This document shows positions 56,984-64,000 of a DNA stretch of 64,000 bases, piece after piece; within the stretch, counting starts at the first letter, position 1, and each line of letters begins with the position of its first letter. Under the pieces are notes generated by a model, which did not search any database, had not been told where the DNA came from, and was given only the letters and a program-made list of their open reading frames with translations. Source of the DNA: a bacterium (GTDB lineage Bacteria; Patescibacteriota; Microgenomatia; Levybacterales; UBA12049); NCBI GenBank assembly GCA_021813145.1, contig JAKALS010000001.1, forward strand, positions 3,515 through 67,514, in the 5' to 3' direction. The translations under genes were made by a program, and so were the position numbers.

Positions 56984-58306
56984 TCAAACCGAGAGGATTT
57001 TACCAAGAGCAACAAGGTAAGAGGCTTCTTTAAGATCGGTTTTTTGTTTTTTGGATTCGTTCCAAACGTTTTCAAACGCGTTTTGCATCATTTTTTCGAG
57101 CCTTTTCAGGACGTCTTCCTTTTTGTATTTTTTATCTTCCATATTCTGTTCCCATTCAATATAACTTCCCGCAACTCCTCCGGAATTTGCCAGTATATCG
57201 GGAACAATTATTACGCCTTTTTCCGTTAAATAGTGGTAAGCGGTCGGGGAAACAGGTCCGTTTGCCATTTCTATTATTATTTTTGCTTTTATATTTTGCA
57301 TGTTGTTTTCATTAATTACGTCCTCCAGGGCAGCCGGAATAAGTATATCTACCGGAAGTTCCAGAAGCTCTTCGTTTGTTATCATCTGCCCGCCTCTTGT
57401 ATCACAAACTCCGCCTGCGCAGTAGCAGCCGGCAAGGCTCCCTTTTTCCTGTTTGCAGTCGTATACAAGGGGAATATCAAGGGGAATGAATTTTTCTCCG
57501 TTTTTCTTTATAATTCCTCCCTTTGAGTCGGAAACGGCAACTAGGTTAAATCCCGATTTTGAAGCAAGGTCTGCAAAATAGAAACCCACATTTCCGAATC
57601 CCATCACCGCAACGTTTTGCGTTTTCGGTTCGAGATTAAGCTTCTTTGCAAGTTCTTTAAGAACCGTTACTCCTCCAAAACCCGTTGCTTCGGTTCTTCC
57701 TTCGAGACCGTTTTTTGATTTTCCCGTAAAGGTTGCAAATAGCTTGTTGAGCGGAGTTTTCCCCCCGTTCATTCCGGATATTTTTATAAATTCATCGGTC
57801 ATCCAGTCGATGATTTTGGGGTTTGTGTTTACGTCCGGGGCCGGTACATCCTTGTCGTATCCGATTACCTCGGAAATTTTTCTTACATATTCTCTTGATA
57901 ATTCTTCGAGCTGTTTTTCGCTTAATACCTTAGGATCTACGGCAATTCCGCCTTTTCCTCCGCCGAAAGGTATCCCCACAACGGCTGTTTTCAGACTCAT
58001 CCATAAGGAAAGTGCCATAACTTCGTCTTTATTAACTCTTGGATGAAATCTTAATCCGCCTTTATATGGCCCGAGATTTTTATTGTGTTGGCTTCTGTAT
58101 CCCTTAAAAGTTACTACTTGCGTGCCGAGGTTAACAGGTACTTTAACTTCCACAACTCTGTCGGGTTCCAAAAATTCTTCGAGTTTATCCTGTGCTATGT
58201 TGTATTTTTTCCCTACAGAAAGAAGTTCTTCCCTTGATTTATTGTAGACATCGGAATTGTTCACAAAGGACAGTATACAACAGGAAATTTGAAATTTCAA
58301 AAGCAA
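56984..58306 (-). CDS. Glu/Leu/Phe/Val-family (glutamate) dehydrogenase
   Basis: GIPFGGGKGGIAVDPK catalytic Lys region. GFGNVG Rossmann motif. Start uncertain, possibly a non-ATG start. Confidence 0.8.
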   Translation of the reverse strand: MLLKFQISCCILSFVNNSDVYNKSREELLSVGKKYNIAQDKLEEFLEPDRVVEVKVPVNLGTQVVTFKGYRSQHNKNLGPYKGGLRFHPRVNKDEVMALSLWMSLKTAVVGIPFGGGKGGIAVDPKVLSEKQLEELSREYVRKISEVIGYDKDVPAPDVNTNPKIIDWMTDEFIKISGMNGGKTPLNKLFATFTGKSKNGLEGRTEATGFGGVTVLKELAKKLNLEPKTQNVAVMGFGNVGFYFADLASKSGFNLVAVSDSKGGIIKKNGEKFIPLDIPLVYDCKQEKGSLAGCYCAGGVCDTRGGQMITNEELLELPVDILIPAALEDVINENNMQNIKAKIIIEMANGPVSPTAYHYLTEKGVIIVPDILANSGGVAGSYIEWEQNMEDKKYKKEDVLKRLEKMMQNAFENVWNESKKQKTDLKEASYLVALGKILSV

Positions 58307-58372
58307 AAAGTAAAGTTAATGTATATAAGGAAAGTACTTTATATTTGTTGATACGGGACATATAATCTTTTC

Positions 58373-59827
58373 ATGAAAAATAAAAAGAGAGCATTTGTTA
58401 TGGTAATTTTCGGAGCAACGGGAGACCTGGCCCACCATAAACTGATCCCGGCACTGTTTTCTCTTTTTAACCGGGAAAAGCTTCCGGACAATTTTTCCGT
58501 CATAGGTTTTTCAAGAAGGGAAATGACCAACAGACAGTTCCGCGGGCATTTTGAGAATTTAAAAGACAGAAAAGGATGGTCGAAATTCTCAAAAATGCTT
58601 ATATATCAGAAAGGCGATTTCCAGGATAAAGATGCATATCTGGAGCTGATAGAAAAATTGGAAGAATTGGACAAAAAATACAAAGGGCAGGTAACAAGGC
58701 TTTTTTATCTGGCAACTCCTCCTCAAAACTACGATACAATCCTTGATTTTATGGAAGATACAAAACTTTCAAGGGGAATAGGCCAGGACAGCATAAACCA
58801 GACAAAAATAATAATAGAAAAACCTTTCGGAAAAGATCTGGAAACAGCCAAATCTCTTGACAAAAAGCTTTATAAAACTTTCAAAGAAGAACAGATCTTC
58901 AGGGTAGATCACTATCTTGGTAAAGAAACGATACAGAATATGCTTGCATTCAGATTTGCTAACGGAATATTTGAACCTGTCTGGAATAACCGTTTTATTG
59001 ACCATGTTCAGATAACATTTGCCGAACAAAAGGGTATAGAAGGAAGGGGAAGATTTTTCGACGGAGTGGGAATTCTAAGGGATGTTGCCCAGAACCATTT
59101 AATGCAAATCTTAGCTTCTGTTGCAATGGAACAGCCGAAAAGTTTTGAAAGAGAAGCAATAAGAGACGCCAGGGCAAAAGTTATAGAGGCGATAAGGCCG
59201 ATAGAGCCAAAAGACACGGGAAAATTTACCGTAAGGGGACAGTACGAGGGCTATCTTTCGGAAAAAGATATAGACAGAAACTCGAATACGGGAACCTATA
59301 CGGCGGTAAAGCTTTTTGTGGATACAGAAAGATTCCAGGGTGTCCCTTTTTATTTAAGGGCAGGAAAAAATATGCCTAAAAACACAGTTTATGTTTCTGT
59401 CGTGTTTATACAAACATGTCACATTCTTTTTAAAGAATACGGATGCCCTGAGATAGGGAATGTCCTGACTATTAAAATTCAGCCCGATGAGGGAATTACG
59501 CTTAGGGTAATAGCCAAAAAACCACAGGAAAAGCTGGACCTGGCAACGGTAAATATGAAATTTACTTATAAAGATGAATTCGGAGTTGAAATAAAAGACG
59601 CATATGAAAAGATACTTCTTGATATATTTGCGGGAGATCAGATGCTTTTCAACAGAAGCGACGAGCTTCAAAGCTCCTGGAAATTCATAACAAAAATTCT
59701 TAAAGGTTGGGAGGTGCAGATAAAGTCCAGTAAATGGAAAATGCCAAAGTATAAAAAGGGGACATGGGGACCTAAAGAGGCGCTTGACTTATTGGAGAAG
59801 GATGGTAGAAAATGGATAGAAGCATAA
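58373..59827 (+). CDS. zwf: glucose-6-phosphate 1-dehydrogenase
   Basis: IFGATGDLAHHKLIPAL, DHYLGKE, RFANGIFEPVWN. Confidence 0.9.
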   Translation: MKNKKRAFVMVIFGATGDLAHHKLIPALFSLFNREKLPDNFSVIGFSRREMTNRQFRGHFENLKDRKGWSKFSKMLIYQKGDFQDKDAYLELIEKLEELDKKYKGQVTRLFYLATPPQNYDTILDFMEDTKLSRGIGQDSINQTKIIIEKPFGKDLETAKSLDKKLYKTFKEEQIFRVDHYLGKETIQNMLAFRFANGIFEPVWNNRFIDHVQITFAEQKGIEGRGRFFDGVGILRDVAQNHLMQILASVAMEQPKSFEREAIRDARAKVIEAIRPIEPKDTGKFTVRGQYEGYLSEKDIDRNSNTGTYTAVKLFVDTERFQGVPFYLRAGKNMPKNTVYVSVVFIQTCHILFKEYGCPEIGNVLTIKIQPDEGITLRVIAKKPQEKLDLATVNMKFTYKDEFGVEIKDAYEKILLDIFAGDQMLFNRSDELQSSWKFITKILKGWEVQIKSSKWKMPKYKKGTWGPKEALDLLEKDGRKWIEA

Positions 59828-59852
59828 ACAAAGTTCATAAAGTTTATAAAGT

Positions 59853-60179
59853 ATGGATACGATTACATTCGAAGAATTCAAAAAGGTAGAGATAAGGATA
59901 GGTAAAGTGTTATCTGCGGAAAAAGTGGAAAACGCAGATAAGCTCCTAAAGTTACAGGTTGATTTCGGAGAATTTCAGAGACAGATTATATCGGGAATTG
60001 CGCAAAGTTTTACCCCGGAAGAATTAGTCGGTAAAAAACTTCCTTTTATAGTTAATCTGGAATACAGAAAATTCAAAGGGGAAGAGTCACAGGGAATGTT
60101 AATGGCAATTGATGTTCCGGACAAAACTGTCCTTCTTGTTCCGGAAGAACACGTCCCCGAAGGAACGGAAGTCGTTTAG
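59853..60179 (+). CDS. tRNA-binding (OB-fold, CsaA/Trbp111/EMAP-like) domain protein
   Basis: FEEFKKVEIRIGKVLSAEKVENADKLLKLQVDFGE...SQGML pattern. Confidence 0.7.
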   Translation: MDTITFEEFKKVEIRIGKVLSAEKVENADKLLKLQVDFGEFQRQIISGIAQSFTPEELVGKKLPFIVNLEYRKFKGEESQGMLMAIDVPDKTVLLVPEEHVPEGTEVV

Positions 60180-60181
60180 CC

Positions 60182-60209
60182 TTCAAAATTTAAAAAAATA
60201 TGCTACAAT
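60182..60209 (+). promoter_or_regulatory. candidate promoter TTCAAA-16-TACAAT, ending 6 nt before the proS ATG (possible leaderless transcript)
   Basis: TTCAAA at 60182-60187, TACAAT at 60204-60209, ATG at 60216. Confidence 0.25.
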
Positions 60210-60215
60210 CTTTTT

Positions 60216-61430
60216 ATGCGATATTCTAAGCTTTTTGGAAAAACCCTGAGGGAGTTTCCGAAAGACGAAGTTTCCCTAAATGCAAAACTGCTTCTTAGGG
60301 CGGGTTTTATTGATAAACTCATGGCCGGCTCATACACTCTTTTGCCTTTGGGCTTTAGGGTAGAACAGAAAATCGAAGATATAATAAGAGAGGAAATAAA
60401 TTCCACCGGCGCAAACGAACTCTTAATGCCTCTTTTACACCCCAAAGAAATATGGAATAAAACGGGAAGATGGGAAAGCGCCAAAGAAATAATGTATCAG
60501 CTCGAAAAAGACGAAAAAGAATTCGGTCTTTCTTTTACACATGAGGAGATAGTAACGGATCTGATAATAAAACATAATCCTTCGCCTAAGGAATTTCCCA
60601 TTAAGGTTTACCACTTTTCTACAAAATTCAGACACGAAGCAAGGCCGAAATCCGGAATATTGAGGGGAAGGGAATTTTTAATGAAAGACTTATACAGCGC
60701 TCATCTATCGGAAGAGGACATGTATAAATATTATTGGGAAGTAGCAGATTCGTATATTAAGATTTTTAAAAGAATGGGGCTAGATGTAAAAATAGTAGAG
60801 GCATCAGGAGGAGTTTTTACGAAAAACTACACACATGAGTTTCAGGTTCTGTGCGAACAGGGAGAAGATACAATCTTTTATTGCGATTCATGCGATTTTG
60901 CCCAGAATAAAGAAATATTTAGCGGTAAATCGGGTGAGGAATGCCCAAAATGCAAAAAGGGAAAAATAATAGAGGCAAAGTCTATAGAAGTCGGAAACAT
61001 ATTTCCTCTCGGAACGATGTATGCCCAAAAAATGGGTTATAAAGAAAAACTTTGGCTTGCCAGCTACGGAATAGGTCCTACAAGAGTCATGGGAACAATT
61101 GCAGAAATCTACAACGACGATAAGGGTTTGATTTGGCCTTCTTCGGTTGCTCCTTATCAGGTTCATCTTATTTCAATAGATAATGAAGAGAAAACAATAA
61201 GCAGGGAAGCAGATAAGATTTATGAAAGGTTAGTGGCCGAGAGGATAGAAGTTTTATACGACGACAGGGACTCAAGTCCCGGAGAAAAGTTTAAAGATGC
61301 CGACTTAATCGGTATTCCCGTAAGGCTTGTTGTGAGTGCAAAAACAGGAAACAAAATAGAGTGGAAATTAAGAAGCAAAGACAAAACAGAGCTTTTGGAT
61401 TTTGAAGAGATAGTAAAGAGATTAAAATAA
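60216..61430 (+). CDS. proS: proline--tRNA ligase, compact form without the INS editing domain and with a Cys4 insertion
   Basis: N-terminus KLLLRAGFIDKLMAGSYTLLPLGFRVEQKIEDIIREEIN is collinear with bacterial ProRS. CDSCDF...CPKCKKG. C-terminal anticodon-binding domain. Confidence 0.75.
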   Translation: MRYSKLFGKTLREFPKDEVSLNAKLLLRAGFIDKLMAGSYTLLPLGFRVEQKIEDIIREEINSTGANELLMPLLHPKEIWNKTGRWESAKEIMYQLEKDEKEFGLSFTHEEIVTDLIIKHNPSPKEFPIKVYHFSTKFRHEARPKSGILRGREFLMKDLYSAHLSEEDMYKYYWEVADSYIKIFKRMGLDVKIVEASGGVFTKNYTHEFQVLCEQGEDTIFYCDSCDFAQNKEIFSGKSGEECPKCKKGKIIEAKSIEVGNIFPLGTMYAQKMGYKEKLWLASYGIGPTRVMGTIAEIYNDDKGLIWPSSVAPYQVHLISIDNEEKTISREADKIYERLVAERIEVLYDDRDSSPGEKFKDADLIGIPVRLVVSAKTGNKIEWKLRSKDKTELLDFEEIVKRLK

Positions 61431-61766
61431 TCCGAAGAATTTAGCCCAGACTACCGCATACCCCGCAAAAAAAAGTATCCCGACAATAAGAAAAATAATA
61501 GGAAGAAGTCCCGATTTTTTCTTTGCTTTTGCCGGAGTAGCTGTGGGGGAAGACATCATTACCGGAACGGGCTCTAACGGCGGAAGCCTCTGAGGCATGG
61601 GAACGGTTCCCATAGAAGGCATTGCATTATGTCCCTGGGACGGAGGCGGAGGCGGCACGCTTGGCTTGGGAGGTATAACATTCCCCGGATTTATATTGCT
61701 TCCCATAACCCTTTCGTATGCTTCTTTTAGTTTCGGATCCAGATCTTGAGGTGTTTTGGGATTCAT
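61422..61766 (-). CDS. hypothetical Pro-rich protein with a C-terminal transmembrane anchor
   Basis: PPKPSVPPPPPSQ...LLPIIFLIVGILFFAGYAVVWAKFFGLF. Confidence 0.35.
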   Translation of the reverse strand: MNPKTPQDLDPKLKEAYERVMGSNINPGNVIPPKPSVPPPPPSQGHNAMPSMGTVPMPQRLPPLEPVPVMMSSPTATPAKAKKKSGLLPIIFLIVGILFFAGYAVVWAKFFGLF

Positions 61767-61831
61767 AGGCAGTTACTATTATAGTGCGTGATTGAATAAT
61801 TTTTGTCAAGTCCCTTTGCCGTCCTCTGCAT

Positions 61832-62221
61832 TTATTTTGACGGTTCTGTATTCGTCGGTGGTAGGGTTTCGGGAGTACCTGTTACAGCTGTTCCTATTTC
61901 TCCTGTCGGTGCCGGAGATTCCGAAGGTGGAGGCGTGCCGTGGACGGCGGGAGGAACTATAAGCGTCGGGGTAGGTTCTGGAATTGAAGCCGGCGAGGGA
62001 AATGTTATTTCAACTCCCTGTGTTTTGACCGGATTTTGTGTCGACTGGTGCATTTCCGATTGTCTGACAACTCCAACAGGCTGAGCCGTGTTTTCCGGTT
62101 TTGGCTGATTTATGTTGGCAGCAGGAAGGATGTTTCCTCCGATTTCAATTCCTGCTGTAACTGCGGTAGCCATGACAACATCTCTTGCTGTATTGTGTTC
62201 CGCCATAGTTAAATTGTACAT
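61832..62221 (-). CDS. hypothetical Pro/Thr-rich protein
   Basis: 129-aa ORF of low complexity, adjacent to the Pro-rich ORF above. Confidence 0.25.
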   Translation of the reverse strand: MYNLTMAEHNTARDVVMATAVTAGIEIGGNILPAANINQPKPENTAQPVGVVRQSEMHQSTQNPVKTQGVEITFPSPASIPEPTPTLIVPPAVHGTPPPSESPAPTGEIGTAVTGTPETLPPTNTEPSK

Positions 62222-62299
62222 AAAAGCCCATAATTGTCAAATAAGGCTTTCTTTTCCCGTTTAAAAAAGGTATACTACAAAATCTACTTAAAAGAATTT

Positions 62300-63226
62300 A
62301 TGAGAATAATTGTTGCACATACGTCACCCGACATGGACGCTATAACGTCCGTCTGGCTGATTAAAAAATTTTTGCCCGGTTGGGAAGACTCACACGTAAG
62401 GTTTGTTCCTGCCGGAGAGGCGATAGGAAGAACCCCCGAGCAGGGCCTTAAGCTTACAGACCCGGTAGAAAAATCGGGAAAAGACCTAATAATTCATGTC
62501 GATACCGGCTTGGGCCCCTTGGATCACCATCAGACTTCCGACGAAAAGGTTTGCGCTGCGAGTCTTACTTTTGATTATGTAATGAAAGTCCTTAGGGAAA
62601 ACGTTCCGGAAATGGGCGAAGATAAATATGAGGCGCTTAAAAGAATAGTGGACGTTGTGGTACAAGTGGACCATTTTAAAGAAGTTTTCTGGGGAGAACC
62701 TACGGCGGATTATCACGAATTCTCTATTATAGGGATACTTGAAGGGCTAAAACTTGAAAAACCCGATCAGGATAAATTTTATCTTGATTATGTAACTCAG
62801 GCCTTGGATGCTTTATTGCACCAGTTTGAAAACAGAATATGGGCGGAAAAAGAAATAAAAGAAAACGGAATAAAATTTGAAAGCCGTTTCGGTAAATCAA
62901 TAGCGTTTGAGACGATAAACGATTCGGTTATAAAACTTGCACAAAAAATGGGTTACTGTTTGGTTGTCAGGAAAGACCCGAGAAAAGGGTATGTAAGAAT
63001 TAAAGTCAGGCCACAAAAAACAGAGATTTCTAAGTTGAAGATTAAAAGTCAGGGATTGGGAGATTTAACGCTGGCTTACGAAAAGTTGAGAAAAATAGAC
63101 CCTGATGCTACGTGGTTTTTGCATGTTTCGAAAAAAATGCTATTGAACGGAACGGTAAAAAACCCGAAAATGAAGCCGACAAAACTGTCCTTGAGTGATA
63201 TAATGGAAGTACTAAAAAGTATCTAA
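62300..63226 (+). CDS. DHH-family phosphoesterase (NrnA-like)
   Basis: MRIIVAHTSPDMDAITSVWLIKKF DHH motif I-II region. HVDTGLGPLDHHQ. Start set at the ATG at 62300 (ORF-track start 62234 is TTG). Confidence 0.65.
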   Translation: MRIIVAHTSPDMDAITSVWLIKKFLPGWEDSHVRFVPAGEAIGRTPEQGLKLTDPVEKSGKDLIIHVDTGLGPLDHHQTSDEKVCAASLTFDYVMKVLRENVPEMGEDKYEALKRIVDVVVQVDHFKEVFWGEPTADYHEFSIIGILEGLKLEKPDQDKFYLDYVTQALDALLHQFENRIWAEKEIKENGIKFESRFGKSIAFETINDSVIKLAQKMGYCLVVRKDPRKGYVRIKVRPQKTEISKLKIKSQGLGDLTLAYEKLRKIDPDATWFLHVSKKMLLNGTVKNPKMKPTKLSLSDIMEVLKSI

Positions 63227-63260
63227 TGACCTAATTATTCTAATTTTTTAATTAGAAATT

Positions 63261-63581
63261 ATGGATTGTGTTTTTTGCAAAATAAGAGACAGGGAAATTC
63301 CTAAAGAATTTACTTATGAAGACGAAGATGTAATGGTTTTCCCCGATATACATCCGGTAAAGCCGGTTCATCTTTTGGTAATCCCAAAAAAACACATAGA
63401 TGATTTTTCGGACTTTAATTCTTCGGAATTAATGAGTAAAGTTAAAGAAATTATTGATAAAATGATTAGGGAAAACAGTCTTGATAAAAAGGGCTACAGA
63501 ATAGCCGTTAACGGCGGAGGAGCACAGGTTATAAACCATGTGCATTTTCACGTTACAGGCCCTGTAGCTAAAGGCCAATAA
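63261..63581 (+). CDS. HIT (histidine triad) family hydrolase
   Basis: CVFCKI, HLLVIPKKH, INHVHFHV (HxHxHx motif). Confidence 0.85.
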   Translation: MDCVFCKIRDREIPKEFTYEDEDVMVFPDIHPVKPVHLLVIPKKHIDDFSDFNSSELMSKVKEIIDKMIRENSLDKKGYRIAVNGGGAQVINHVHFHVTGPVAKGQ

Positions 63582-63655
63582 CAGGTTGCCGATTAATAAG
63601 GATTAAAAAAATTGTTCATTGGTAATTAGTAATTAATAAAGGAGGTGTTTTATTT

Positions 63656-63841
63656 ATGGTAGTTGTTAAAAAAATGCCCGGAGACAGCGATGATGCATTA
63701 ATCAGAAAATTTTCAAGAAAAGTAATGTCCGAAGGAATACTTCAGGAGGCAAAAAGGAGAGAATTTTATCTTAAACCTTCACTTGCCAGAAAGCAGAAAG
63801 CCGAGGACGCAAGAAAGGCAAAAAAACTTTGGACGGCATAA
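63656..63841 (+). CDS. rpsU: 30S ribosomal protein S21
   Basis: 61-aa basic protein ...[32 protein letters not shown] Shine-Dalgarno 8 nt upstream. Confidence 0.8.
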   Translation: MVVVKKMPGDSDDALIRKFSRKVMSEGILQEAKRREFYLKPSLARKQKAEDARKAKKLWTA

Positions 63842-63845
63842 TTTA

Positions 63846-64000
63846 TGAATAAGATTAATGTTTTAATCTTTGTCGAAAGCAGGTATAAGGTTAATAGAAA
63901 AAGGATAAAAGAGACAGTGGAAAAGACCGTTAACAAAAACGGCCTTGATTCACCGGTTGAGATTTCAGTTGCCATTGTCGGCGACAGAAAAATGAGGAGC
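63846..64000 (+). CDS. ybeY: partial CDS (3-prime end outside the window): probable rRNA maturation endoribonuclease YbeY N-terminus
   Basis: MNKINVLIFVESRYKVNRKRIKE...VEISVAIVGDRKMRS resembles the YbeY N-terminal pattern. Runs off the window end. Confidence 0.4.

Noticed and set aside
62221-62300. Possible promoter (ttgtca ... tatact) upstream of the DHH phosphoesterase gene
   Set aside because: Spacing between the candidate -35 and -10 hexamers does not fit 16-18 nt. Not reported as a feature.
1-64000. Searched for mobile elements (transposase, integrase, recombinase, phage structural genes, terminal inverted repeats)
   Set aside because: No ORF with DDE/tyrosine-recombinase/serine-recombinase features and no obvious flanking repeats. 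Paralog pairs (dockerin proteins, flanking membrane proteins, HprK-like genes) look like local gene duplication rather than mobile DNA.

Overview
This 64 kb window is AT-rich by eye and gene-dense. It has the look of a Candidate Phyla Radiation (Patescibacteria)-type genome: a short EF-Ts, many Cys-rich surface proteins and GT-C membrane glycosyltransferases. That placement is an inference, not a sequence result. Most of the sequence is coding on both strands. I found no CRISPR array, transposase or integrase. The ORF track translates alternative start codons (TTG/GTG) as M, so several listed starts are not ATG.

Main content, in order:
- 1-1.0 kb: a partial membrane-protein CDS, then a tRNA-Cys(GCA) on the + strand and a tRNA-Ile(GAU) on the - strand, with a small coiled-coil ORF squeezed between them.
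- 2.2-7.2 kb: a putative cohesin-dockerin module, i.e. a membrane-anchored cohesin-like protein followed by two tandem paralogous Cys-rich secreted proteins with C-terminal dockerin repeats. The second paralog contains in-frame tandem coding repeats.
- 7.2-16.3 kb: a PP2C phosphatase, then an almost complete thymidylate-synthesis neighbourhood (dcd, a PlsC-like acyltransferase, tmk, dut, thyA, folA, a methyltransferase-like gene, a Cmk-like kinase, a Maf-like pyrophosphatase, glyA).
- 16.3-26.0 kb: three hypothetical genes, uppS, a cluster of secreted/surface proteins (pilin-like N-terminus, VWA domain, large Cys-rich proteins) and an O-antigen-ligase-like protein.
- 26.1-31.0 kb: a RiPP-type operon on the - strand. 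It contains a SagB-type dehydrogenase, a YcaO cyclodehydratase and two HPr-kinase-like paralogs, and is bracketed by two paralogous membrane-anchored proteins. Reading the DNA directly, I also found an unannotated 58-aa ORF whose C-terminus (AASSCGCGSSS) looks like an azoline-type precursor peptide. The operon has no E1-like / Ocin-ThiF partner.
- 31.6-48.5 kb: a large glycan-assembly island.
- 48.5-52.7 kb: a second RiPP-like locus built from a third HPr-kinase-like paralog, a PqqD-like RRE protein, an S24/S26-peptidase fused to a nucleotidyltransferase, and an ABC exporter. I found no precursor peptide in cis.
- 53.4-64.0 kb: a housekeeping block (rpsB, tsf, frr, rseP, a glutamate dehydrogenase, zwf, a tRNA-binding protein, proS lacking the INS editing domain, a DHH phosphoesterase, a HIT protein, rpsU, partial ybeY).

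The two RiPP-like loci sharing one HprK-like family are the most novel-looking system in the window.
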